Assembly (NCBI GenBank): GCA_050248855.1
Contig: JBFWRP010000009.1
Span: forward strand, 64,001 to 128,000
Reading direction: 5' to 3'
DNA from: Planctomycetota bacterium
Lineage (GTDB): Bacteria; Planctomycetota; PLA2; JAEUHO01
Length of the DNA: 64,000 nt
The notes below the pieces were generated by a model. That model saw nothing but the letters and a program-made list of their open reading frames with translations, did no database searches and had not been told where the DNA came from. The stretch's first letter is position 1. Each line of letters starts with the position of its first letter. Positions 19,350-27,873 of this stretch are shown piece after piece. Made by a program: the position numbers and the translations under genes.

Positions 19350-21182
19350 ATGTCCCGCCGGCCTCTCGACCACATCCGGAACTTCGCCATCGTGGCGCAC
19401 ATCGACCACGGCAAGTCCACGCTGGCGGACCGCCTCCTGGAGGTCAGCGGCCTCGTGGAGCGGGGCGTCGAGCGCACCCAGCTCCTCGATGACCTGGACC
19501 TGGAGCGCGAGCGCGGCATCACGATCAAGGCCCGCGCCGTGCGGCTGCCCTACGAACGCCACGGCAAGAAGTACATCCTCAACCTGATCGACACGCCCGG
19601 GCACGTGGACTTCACGTACGAGGTCAGCCGCTCGTTGGCCGCTTGCGAGGGCGCCCTCCTCCTCGTCGACGCCACCCAAGGGGTCGAAGCGCAGACGGTC
19701 GCCAACGCCTATCTGGCCGTGGAGGGCGGCCTCGAGCTGATCCCCGTCCTGAACAAGGTCGACATGCAGGGGGCCCGCCCCGACGAGGTGGCGGAAGAGA
19801 TCGAGACCGTGCTGGGCATCGACGCCAGCGATGCGGTGCGCTGCAGCGCCAAGACGGGCGTCGGCGTGCCCGAGGTGCTCGACCGGATCCTCGACCGCAT
19901 CCCGCCGCCGATCGGCGACCCGGAGGCGCCGCTCAAGGCCCTGCTCTTCGACGCCGTCTACGACACCTACCGCGGCGTGATCGTGTACGTCCGCTTGATC
20001 GACGGATCGCTCCAGGCCGGCCAGACGGTGCGCTTCTACAAGGCGGGCGCGCTCCACGAGGTGACCGAGGTCGGCGTGCTGTCGCCCAACCGCCTCCGGG
20101 TCGACGCCCTCTACGCGGGCGAATCGGGCTACCTGGTGGCCAGCATCAAGAGCCTCGGCGACGTCAAGATCGGCGACACGGTGACGACGCACCCGCCGCC
20201 TCCCGGCCTCGTGCCGCTGCCCGGCTACAAGGAGCCGCGGCCGATGGTGTACTGCGGGCTGTACCCGACGTACCCCAAGGACTTCGAACAGCTGCGCAAG
20301 GCCCTGCAGACGCTGCAGCTCAACGACGCCTCGTTCACGTTCATCCCCGAGACGTCCGAGGCCCTGGGCTTCGGCTTCCGCTGCGGCTTCCTGGGCCTCC
20401 TGCACATGGAGATCGTGCAGGAGCGCCTGGAGCGCGACAGCGACATCGACCTCGTCCAGACGGCCCCCAACGTCACGTACGAGGTGCTCAAGACCGACGG
20501 CGAGATCGTGCGCGTCGAGAAGCCCAGCGACGTGCCGGACGGCAACTACGTCGAGGAGTTCCGCGAGCCCATTGCCCGTTGCAGCATGATCCTGCCGCAG
20601 GAATCGATCGGCGCCATGATGCAGCTCAGCACCGAGCGCCGCGGGGTCTACATCGAGACGCAGTACCTGTCGCCCACGCGCGTGATGCTCGTGTTCGACA
20701 TCCCCCTCCAGGAGATCGTCTTCGACTTCTACGACAAGCTGAAGTCGGCCACGCGGGGCTACGGCACGCTGGACTACGAGGTGCGGGGCTACCAGGCCGG
20801 TGACCTCGTACGACTGAGGATCCTCGTCAACGGATCCGAGGTCGACGCGCTCTCGCTGATCTGCCACCGCGACACCGCCGGCAACCGCGGGCGCAAGGTC
20901 TTGAAGCGCCTGCAGAAGACGATTCCGCGCCACTTGTTCCAGGTCCCGCTGCAGGCCGCGGTCGGCGGCAAGGTCGTGGCGCGCGAGAACATCAGCGCGC
21001 TGCGCAAGGACGTCACGGCCAAGTGCTACGGCGGCGACATTACCCGCAAGCGCAAGCTGCTGGAGAAGCAGAAGGAAGGCAAGAAGCGCATGAAGCTCGT
21101 CGGCAACGTCGAGATCCCGCAGAAGGCCTTCCTGGCCGTGCTGGGCGGCGACGACGAGGACGACCGCAAGGGCCGCAAGTGA
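19350..21182 (+). CDS. lepA: Elongation factor 4
   Basis: IRNFAIVAHIDHGKSTLADR, ERERGITIKA, DTPGHVDF, GFRCGFLGLLH, KCYGGDITRKRKLLEKQK. Confidence 0.98.
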   Translation: MSRRPLDHIRNFAIVAHIDHGKSTLADRLLEVSGLVERGVERTQLLDDLDLERERGITIKARAVRLPYERHGKKYILNLIDTPGHVDFTYEVSRSLAACEGALLLVDATQGVEAQTVANAYLAVEGGLELIPVLNKVDMQGARPDEVAEEIETVLGIDASDAVRCSAKTGVGVPEVLDRILDRIPPPIGDPEAPLKALLFDAVYDTYRGVIVYVRLIDGSLQAGQTVRFYKAGALHEVTEVGVLSPNRLRVDALYAGESGYLVASIKSLGDVKIGDTVTTHPPPPGLVPLPGYKEPRPMVYCGLYPTYPKDFEQLRKALQTLQLNDASFTFIPETSEALGFGFRCGFLGLLHMEIVQERLERDSDIDLVQTAPNVTYEVLKTDGEIVRVEKPSDVPDGNYVEEFREPIARCSMILPQESIGAMMQLSTERRGVYIETQYLSPTRVMLVFDIPLQEIVFDFYDKLKSATRGYGTLDYEVRGYQAGDLVRLRILVNGSEVDALSLICHRDTAGNRGRKVLKRLQKTIPRHLFQVPLQAAVGGKVVARENISALRKDVTAKCYGGDITRKRKLLEKQKEGKKRMKLVGNVEIPQKAFLAVLGGDDEDDRKGRK

Positions 21183-22684
21183 GCGAAGACGGCGATCAAG
21201 GGCCGCCCGCCCGCCGCGCCGCGCACGCCGTGCGCGACCACGCCGAGGCGATCCTGATCGCCCTCGTGATGGCCCTGGTCCTCAAGCAGTTCTGCGTCGA
21301 GGCGTTCACGATCCCGACCAGCTCGATGCACCCCACGCTGATCGGCGAGAACCAGGCCCCTGACGGCGTGGGCGATCGCATTCTCGTCGACAAGTTCGCC
21401 AACTGGCTGCGCGACCCGCGGCGTTGGGAGATCTGGGTCTTCCGCTTCCCGCTCGACCGCTCGCGCAACTTCATCAAGCGGGTGGTGGGCCTCCCGGGCG
21501 ATCACCTCAAGATCGGCAGCGAAGACGGGGACATCTGGGTCGCCAAGAGCGCCGACGCTCCCTACGAGATCGCCCGCAAGCCGCGACGCGTGCGCGAGTC
21601 GCTGTACCGGCCCGTGTATCCCCCCGACGCCGCCGGCGAGCGCGACAAGGAGATGTCGTTTGACGGCGGGAGCGAGGGCCTGGGGATCGCCAGCCGCTGG
21701 TTCCGCGTCGAGGGCGATGCTCCGGACGCGTTCCGCCTGGACGCCCTGGATCGCTTCGAGTATCGCGGCGGCACGACGGCCACGTTGGTCGCCAGGAACC
21801 CGATCCTCACGTCGACCGATCCGGACACGTGGAACCAGTCCTGGCGCAATGGGACGCCGGCCCGCGACATCCGCGTGCGGGCGCGCCTGGTGCCCACGCA
21901 GGACCGCGAATCCACGGTGCCCCCGAGCGAGGTCCGGATCGCCTGGCGACCCGATGGCTACTACGAGTACCGGCTCACGCTCGGCTCCACGCCAGGCAGC
22001 TCCACGGCCCGCATCCTGGTCGAGGACGCGGTGCTCCGCGAGGTCCGGTTGGATGCCGTGTGGGACGGTCGACACGCTCGTACGGTCGAGCTGGAGGCGG
22101 TCGACGGCGACCTGCGTGTGCACGTGGACGGCCGCGAGCTGGCCGTGCTGCCCGACGGCCGTCCCTTCCGGCGCCGTCACGCCCAGGTGGCACAGCGCTT
22201 GGCCATCCAGGCCACGGGCACGCCGTTCGCGCTGGCAGGCCTGCACATCGACCGCGACATCGCCTACCAAAGCTCGTGGTCGCCCCGGGGCTCGGGCGCC
22301 GAAGACGGCGTGGCGCTTCCCGCTGGCCAGTACCTGATGATCGGCGACAACCAAGGCGACGTCGGCAACCGCAGCGAAGGCAGCTACGACGGACGCAAGT
22401 GGGAGCTCACGACCGTCACGCTGCGCGACGGCACCGTGATCCGGTACGACGAGAACAAGCCTCTCGACCGGGAGGGAGACCCCGAGACGGGTGAGACGTG
22501 GTACGTGGTCTCGGATGCCGACGGCGTGGAGCGCCGCTGGCGTCCCCAGGACGAGGACCCCGACGTCCCGGAGACGACGGACTGGACGCCCTTCGTGGGG
22601 CGGGAGCTGTTCGTAGGCCGCGCGTTCCTGGTGTTCTGGCCTGCGTGGCCGGATCCGCCGGGGCGGTTCCGGCGGGTGCGCTGA
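21179..22684 (+). CDS. lepB: Signal peptidase I with large internal insertion
   Basis: FTIPTSSMHPTL (Ser), GDRILVDK, NFIKRVVGLPGD (Lys), MIGDN...SYDGR, VGRAFLVFWP. Confidence 0.9.
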   Translation: MSEDGDQGPPARRAAHAVRDHAEAILIALVMALVLKQFCVEAFTIPTSSMHPTLIGENQAPDGVGDRILVDKFANWLRDPRRWEIWVFRFPLDRSRNFIKRVVGLPGDHLKIGSEDGDIWVAKSADAPYEIARKPRRVRESLYRPVYPPDAAGERDKEMSFDGGSEGLGIASRWFRVEGDAPDAFRLDALDRFEYRGGTTATLVARNPILTSTDPDTWNQSWRNGTPARDIRVRARLVPTQDRESTVPPSEVRIAWRPDGYYEYRLTLGSTPGSSTARILVEDAVLREVRLDAVWDGRHARTVELEAVDGDLRVHVDGRELAVLPDGRPFRRRHAQVAQRLAIQATGTPFALAGLHIDRDIAYQSSWSPRGSGAEDGVALPAGQYLMIGDNQGDVGNRSEGSYDGRKWELTTVTLRDGTVIRYDENKPLDREGDPETGETWYVVSDADGVERRWRPQDEDPDVPETTDWTPFVGRELFVGRAFLVFWPAWPDPPGRFRRVR

Positions 22685-23427
22685 TGCCGCTGCTGGAAGC
22701 GCGCCAGCTCGTCAAGAGCTACCGCAAGCGACGTGTGGTCGACGAGGTCGCCCTGCAGGTGGACCCCTCGGAGATCGTCGGGCTGCTCGGCCCCAACGGC
22801 GCGGGCAAGACGACGTCCTTCCGCATGGTGGTGGGCATGGTGCGGCCCGACGCGGGCGAGGTGCGTTTCGAAGACCGCGACATCACGCACTTGCCCATCT
22901 ACAAGCGGGCGCGCCGCGGGATCGCGTACCTGCCGCAGGAGCCCAGCGTCTTCCGGCGCCTGGGCACGCGCGACAACCTGCTCGCCTTGCTCGAGACGCT
23001 GCCGATCTCGCGAGCCGAGCGCAAGCGACGCGCGGACGCATTGCTCGACGACCTCGAGCTGACGAGGGTCGCCCGCAGCCGTGCGGAGGTGCTGTCGGGT
23101 GGCGAGCGGCGGCGCCTGGAGCTCGCGCGCGCGCTGGTCCACGACCCCGCGATCCTCTTGCTCGACGAGCCGTTCGCGGGCGTGGACCCGATCACGGTGC
23201 AGGAGATCCAGAAGATCCTGCGCCAGCTGCGCGAGTCCAAGGGCATCGCGATCCTGCTCACCGACCACAACGTGCGCGAGACCCTGGCCATCACCGACCG
23301 CAGCTACATCATCGCCGGCGGCCGGATTCTCCGCGCAGGCCGCCCGGCCGAGCTCGTCGAGGACGAGGTCGTCCGCCGCACGTACTTGGGCCAGAATTTC
23401 TACATGCAGCTGGAAAATGGTCGGTAG
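22684..23427 (+). CDS. lptB: LPS export ABC transporter ATP-binding protein
   Basis: GLLGPNGAGKTTSF, YLPQEPSVFR, LSGGERRRLE, LLDEPFAGVDP, TDHNVRETL, YLGQNF. Confidence 0.93.
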   Translation: MPLLEARQLVKSYRKRRVVDEVALQVDPSEIVGLLGPNGAGKTTSFRMVVGMVRPDAGEVRFEDRDITHLPIYKRARRGIAYLPQEPSVFRRLGTRDNLLALLETLPISRAERKRRADALLDDLELTRVARSRAEVLSGGERRRLELARALVHDPAILLLDEPFAGVDPITVQEIQKILRQLRESKGIAILLTDHNVRETLAITDRSYIIAGGRILRAGRPAELVEDEVVRRTYLGQNFYMQLENGR

Positions 23428-23444
23428 CGGCCCCTCCCGTCGCG

Positions 23445-23551
23445 CGTGCTGCTCGCCAGATGCTCGGCCGCGCACCCCCATCGGCTCCTCGAGTGAACAG
23501 ACCACGAGTCGTCGCCGATGGGGGCACGCTGCCGTCGCCCTGACGAGCCGG
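23445..23551 (-). repeat. Structured 107-nt interspersed element, copy 2
   Basis: Direct-orientation copy of 17687-17793, including a 42-nt identical core (23479-23520). Confidence 0.9.
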
Positions 23552-23771
23552 CGGCGCGCGAGCGTGGCCTGATCCCACCGGCGCGAGACGTAACGCGGCT
23601 CGCCAAGCGACCATTCTTCCGGTGGGATCCGGGGACCAGTTCCGGACCTCAGGCTGGCAGTTCCGCGCTCCGTAGGGCGCTCCCCCGGCCAGCGCGGGGG
23701 ATCCGCTCCGGGGGGCGCGGAGGGGCCCGTATCCTGCCGCCCTCCGAGCGGGCTGCACCGAGGAGGGCCGC

Positions 23772-24521
23772 ATGAAGATCGTCGTCTGCATGAAGCGCGT
23801 CGTGGACACGGAGACGCGCGTCAAGATCGCCCCCGACGGCCGCAGCATCGACCTCGCGGGCGTGCAGTTCATCACGGCGCCCTACGACGAGATGGCGGTC
23901 GAGAAGGCCATCCGGCTGCGCGACGGCGCGGGATCGGGTGAGGTCGTCGTCGTGACCGTCGGCCCCGAAGCCGCCACGAAGGAGCTGCGGACGGCGCTCG
24001 CGATGGGCGCGGACCGTGCGCTGCACGTGGTCGACGAAGGCGCGCGCGATGCCTCCTCCACGGCGGCTGCGCTGGCGGCAGCCCTCGAGGGCCTCGGCGC
24101 CGACATCGTGCTCTGCGGCAAGCAGGCGACCGACGAGGACGATGCTGCCGTGGGGCCCATGCTCGCCGCACGGCTGGGCCTTCCGTGCGTGGCGTTCGTC
24201 GACGGCCTCGAGGTCGACGGGAGCACGGCGAAGGCACGTCGCGAGATCGATGGCGAGGTCGAGCATCTCGTGGTGACGCTGCCCGCCGTGTTCACCGCGC
24301 AGAAGGGCCTGGCCGAGGCTCGCTATCCGGGGCTCAAGGGCATCATGGCCGCCAAGAAGAAGCCGCTCGACAACGTGCCGCCGGCCCCGTCGCCGTCGCT
24401 CGTCGAGACCACGGCGCTCGAGCTGCCCCCCGCACGCGGGGCCATGGTGGCGATCGAGCCGACGGCCGCGGGCATGCAGCAGCTGCTGACCGCGCTCCGC
24501 AACGACAAGAAGGTGATCTGA
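23772..24521 (+). CDS. etfB: Electron transfer flavoprotein beta subunit
   Basis: MKIVVCMKRV, PYDEMAVE, ALAMGADRA, GKQATD, RYPGLKGIMAAKKKP. Confidence 0.95.
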   Translation: MKIVVCMKRVVDTETRVKIAPDGRSIDLAGVQFITAPYDEMAVEKAIRLRDGAGSGEVVVVTVGPEAATKELRTALAMGADRALHVVDEGARDASSTAAALAAALEGLGADIVLCGKQATDEDDAAVGPMLAARLGLPCVAFVDGLEVDGSTAKARREIDGEVEHLVVTLPAVFTAQKGLAEARYPGLKGIMAAKKKPLDNVPPAPSPSLVETTALELPPARGAMVAIEPTAAGMQQLLTALRNDKKVI

Positions 24522-24523
24522 CC

Positions 24524-25486
24524 ATGGCCAACGACGTCCTCCTGCATGTCGAGTCCGCCCACGGCGCGCTCAAGAAGTCGGCGCTGGAGATCGCGACCGC
24601 CGGCCGCCGGCTCGCCGACCAGCTCGGCGGCCGCGTGGTCGCCCTCGTGCCCGGATCGGGCGTCGACACCGCACCGCTGGCTGCGCATGGCGTGGACGAG
24701 GTGCTGACCGTCGAGGGCCAGGCCTTCGACCGCTACACGCTCGAGGCGCACGGCGCGGCCTTGCTCGCCGCGGCGCAGCAGGTGGCACCGCGAGCGATCC
24801 TGCTGGCCGCGTCCGTGGCGGGCAAGGAGCTCGGCGCCTGGGCGGCTGCGCGCTTGGAGCGCGGCCTCGTGGCCGATGCGATCGACGTGCACGCCGACGG
24901 CGACGCCCTCGTGGCGCGGAAGCCGAAGTACGCGGGCAAGGCGCGTGCGACGTTGCGCGTGGCTGGGCCCGCCGTGGTGAGCGTGCGCCCCAACGCGGTC
25001 GCGCCCGAGCCGTCCCCGAAGGCCGGCGAGCGCAGCACCCTGGCCGTCGCGCCTCCCGACGCGCGCGTCCGGGTCGAGAGCGTCGAGGCGCCGGGTACCA
25101 AGCAGATCGAGCTGACCGAGGCCGACGTCATCGTGTCCGGCGGCCGCGGCATGGGCGGTCCGGAGCACTGGCACCTGATCCTCGACCTCGCCGCGGCCCT
25201 GGGGGCGGCGCACGGTGCGTCGCGCGCGGTGTGCGATGCCGGTTGGCGTCCGCACGCCGAGCAGGTGGGGCAGACGGGCAAGACCGTCGCGCCGAAGCTG
25301 TACGTGGCGTGCGGCATCAGCGGAGCCATCCAGCACTTGGCGGGGATGAGCAGCAGCAAGGTGATCGTCGCGGTCAACAAGGACCCCGAGGCGCCCATCT
25401 TCAAGGTGGCTGACTACGGCATCGTCGGCGACGCCCACCAGGTCCTGCCGCTGTTGACCGACGCCGCCCGTACGTTCCGCGCCTAG
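24524..25486 (+). CDS. etfA: Electron transfer flavoprotein alpha subunit
   Basis: LTEADVIVSGGRG, GASRA, QVGQTGKTVAPKLY, GISGAIQHLAGM, NKDPEAPIF. Confidence 0.96.
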   Translation: MANDVLLHVESAHGALKKSALEIATAGRRLADQLGGRVVALVPGSGVDTAPLAAHGVDEVLTVEGQAFDRYTLEAHGAALLAAAQQVAPRAILLAASVAGKELGAWAAARLERGLVADAIDVHADGDALVARKPKYAGKARATLRVAGPAVVSVRPNAVAPEPSPKAGERSTLAVAPPDARVRVESVEAPGTKQIELTEADVIVSGGRGMGGPEHWHLILDLAAALGAAHGASRAVCDAGWRPHAEQVGQTGKTVAPKLYVACGISGAIQHLAGMSSSKVIVAVNKDPEAPIFKVADYGIVGDAHQVLPLLTDAARTFRA

Positions 25487-25508
25487 CCGCGAGGTACCCT
25501 GGGGTCTC

Positions 25509-25895
25509 GTGCAAGAGGATGCCCCCCGAACGCGCCGGCCCAGCGGCGACCCGCGGCCGCTGGCGCTCGAGATGCTCCGCCGCAACCGCCTGCTGCAGGC
25601 GGCCATGGTGGCTGCGCTCGTCAGCTACGGCGGCGTCGTCGCCCTGCTGCTCTGGAGAGGGCCCGAAGGCCCTCGGCTCGAGGCCGGCATGGCCGCCTGG
25701 CTCGTGGGCCTGAGCTTGGCCACCTGGAGCCTGCTGTTCTGGTGGCTGCCGGTGCTCGACCGCACGGGACGGGCGCTCGAGGCCCGCGGTTCGGGCTCCG
25801 GCCTCGTGCGAATGATGGAGGTCGTGGCCACGGCGTGCATCGTGATCGTGCACGCCCTCTTCCTGGCCATCGTCGTGCTTCGGGCTGCGCAATGA
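25509..25895 (+). CDS. Small membrane protein (3 TM segments)
   Basis: Three hydrophobic segments. TACCCT 8 nt before GTG. Confidence 0.7.
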   Translation: MQEDAPRTRRPSGDPRPLALEMLRRNRLLQAAMVAALVSYGGVVALLLWRGPEGPRLEAGMAAWLVGLSLATWSLLFWWLPVLDRTGRALEARGSGSGLVRMMEVVATACIVIVHALFLAIVVLRAAQ

Positions 25896-27001
25896 CATCG
25901 AGCTTCGCCATGAGGACGGGCGTCCCGCGGAACCGACTCCTCCTGCTGGGCAGCGTGCTCACGCTGGGACTGCTCGGAGCTGCTTCGCAGGGGACGGCTG
26001 CACCGGACGACCCGTACGCGCCGCCGCCCCCGCCGGCCTACGACGACGAGTGGAGCGCTCCCGAAACCGAGCCGCCCGCGCCCTCGCCGCAGGATCGCTG
26101 GACGACGCCGCCGGAGCAGCTCGGGCCCGACGCGGGCCTGCAGGCGGACGCGACCGGGTCCCCGACCGCGGTCGACGACGCTACGGCGGCGATCGAGGCC
26201 GCGCGGAGCGCAGGCTTCGACATCACGGGCGGCATGACCGGGCCGGGCCCCGCCGAGCCGCGCGAACGCACCCAGACCTTCCCCGGGCGAGGGCGCGCCG
26301 GCGGTGGACAGGCGCTCGGGCCCACGGCGCGCATCTTCGAGGTCACGGTGCGCCATGGCGTGGTCCTCGAAGGCGGTCCGCGGGGCGTCGAGCTGGAGAT
26401 CGCGTTCACGGCGCGGGGTCTGGGCGGCCTGCCGGTCGTGGTCGGCGTCTGGATGCGCGACGCGGCGACCGACCTGCGTCTACCGGCAGCGGCCGTCGGC
26501 TACGCGGACGGGGACGGTCGCCTCACGGCGCAGAGCGTGCGCTTCGTCGTGGAAGCCGAGGGTGCGCGACACCTCGCCACGTTGCGCATCCCCTACGGCG
26601 CGATTCCGCGCCGCCTCGGTGCCCTCACCTACGCCGTCACCCTCGAGGCGCAGGTGCTGGCCGCCAGCAGCGCGGGGCTGGTGCCGCTGGCCACGGGTCG
26701 CCTGCCTGTCACGTTCGCGGGCTCCGCGGGCACCGCGCGCCCGACGTTTGCGCTGCCCGGCGAGCGCCCCGTGAGCGTCGACGTTCCCGCCGACACCGAT
26801 CCCGCTCCTGCGTGCCCGCCGGGCGCACTCGGGGCCGCGCTCCGCGACTTGCAGCTGCCGGCGTTTCCCGCCCCTCGACCCGTGACGCCGCGCATCGCAC
26901 CGCAGCGGACGCCGCCGCCGAGCCCTGCAGCCGCAGAACCGCCCCCCGAGTCCACGCTGCCAACCGAGCTTCCTCCTCCCGTCGTGCGGAAGGTGTCGTA
27001 G
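25892..27001 (+). CDS. Secreted Pro-rich hypothetical protein
   Basis: ATGA overlap with upstream stop. Signal peptide and Pro-rich linkers around a beta-rich core. Confidence 0.65.
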   Translation: MTSSFAMRTGVPRNRLLLLGSVLTLGLLGAASQGTAAPDDPYAPPPPPAYDDEWSAPETEPPAPSPQDRWTTPPEQLGPDAGLQADATGSPTAVDDATAAIEAARSAGFDITGGMTGPGPAEPRERTQTFPGRGRAGGGQALGPTARIFEVTVRHGVVLEGGPRGVELEIAFTARGLGGLPVVVGVWMRDAATDLRLPAAAVGYADGDGRLTAQSVRFVVEAEGARHLATLRIPYGAIPRRLGALTYAVTLEAQVLAASSAGLVPLATGRLPVTFAGSAGTARPTFALPGERPVSVDVPADTDPAPACPPGALGAALRDLQLPAFPAPRPVTPRIAPQRTPPPSPAAAEPPPESTLPTELPPPVVRKVS

Positions 27002-27087
27002 TCGCGCGGAGGTGTCCGTGCCTCGGAGCGACAGCGATTGCGGCACGGTGTCAGACGCCGAAGTGCGACGTCTCCTGGCCGTCGAAT

Positions 27088-27170
27088 CGCGACCCCTGCG
27101 TGTCAGGCACCTTGCCCACGTTGCCGCTTCGCGGCACCGCGGCAAGGGTCCTGACACATCCGGGGTCGCG
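27088..27170. repeat. REP-like inverted repeat between convergent genes
   Basis: Nested arms CGCGACCCC/GGGGTCGCG, GTGTCAGG/CCTGACAC, CTTGCC/GGCAAG. Related motif GGTGTCAGACGCC at 27047-27059. Confidence 0.65.
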
Positions 27171-27189
27171 AGCCGCCTCGCTGCGCACC

Positions 27190-27873
27190 TTACGCGCGGA
27201 ACTTGTAGCCAGAGCCTCGCACCGTCTGGATCCAACGTGGGTTGACGGGGTCGTCGCCGAGCTTCTGGCGCAGCTTGTTGATGAAGTTGTCGATGGTGCG
27301 CGGCGTGCCGTCGTAGTCGTAGCCCCAGACCTTGTTGAGGATCTGGTCGCGCGAGAGCACGCGGCCGCGATTCTGGATGAGGTGGCGCAGCAGGTGGAAC
27401 TCGCGGCTACTGAGCTCTTTCGCCTCGCCGCCGACGGTCATCTGCTGACCGGCGAAGTCGATGTGGATGCCGCCCTCGTCGAAGGTCTCGAGCTCGCCAT
27501 CGAACGCGCGCCGGCGGCGGAGCCGGGCCTTGATGCGCGCCGTCAGCTCGCGGACCGAGAAGGGCTTGGTCATGTAGTCGTCGGCGCCCAGCTCCAGCCC
27601 CAGCACCTTGTCGCCCTCGTCGCCCTTGGCCGACAGGATGAGGATGGGCAGCGTCGCGTCGTACTTGCGAACCGTTCGACAGACTTCGAAGCCGTTGACG
27701 CGCGGCAGCATGATGTCGAGCACGATGAGGTCGGGCTTCTTGTCGAAAGCCCGCTGGATCGCCTCCTCGCCATCACGCGCCATGTCCACGGTGAAGCCTT
27801 CGAACTCCAGGCTGCGCTTGAGACCGAGACGGATGGAGGGATCGTCCTCCACGATCAGGATGCGTGCGCTCAT
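27190..27873 (-). CDS. OmpR-family response regulator
   Basis: ILIVEDD, LDIMLP, GADDYMTKPF, winged-helix C-terminus (RTIDNFINKLRQKL, TVRGSGY). Confidence 0.95.
   Translation of the reverse strand: MSARILIVEDDPSIRLGLKRSLEFEGFTVDMARDGEEAIQRAFDKKPDLIVLDIMLPRVNGFEVCRTVRKYDATLPILILSAKGDEGDKVLGLELGADDYMTKPFSVRELTARIKARLRRRRAFDGELETFDEGGIHIDFAGQQMTVGGEAKELSSREFHLLRHLIQNRGRVLSRDQILNKVWGYDYDGTPRTIDNFINKLRQKLGDDPVNPRWIQTVRGSGYKFRA

Noticed and set aside
17794..23444. Composite mobile element bounded by the two 107-nt direct repeats
   Set aside because: The enclosed genes (rph, rdgB, lepA, lepB, lptB) are housekeeping. No transposase, integrase or target duplication seen.
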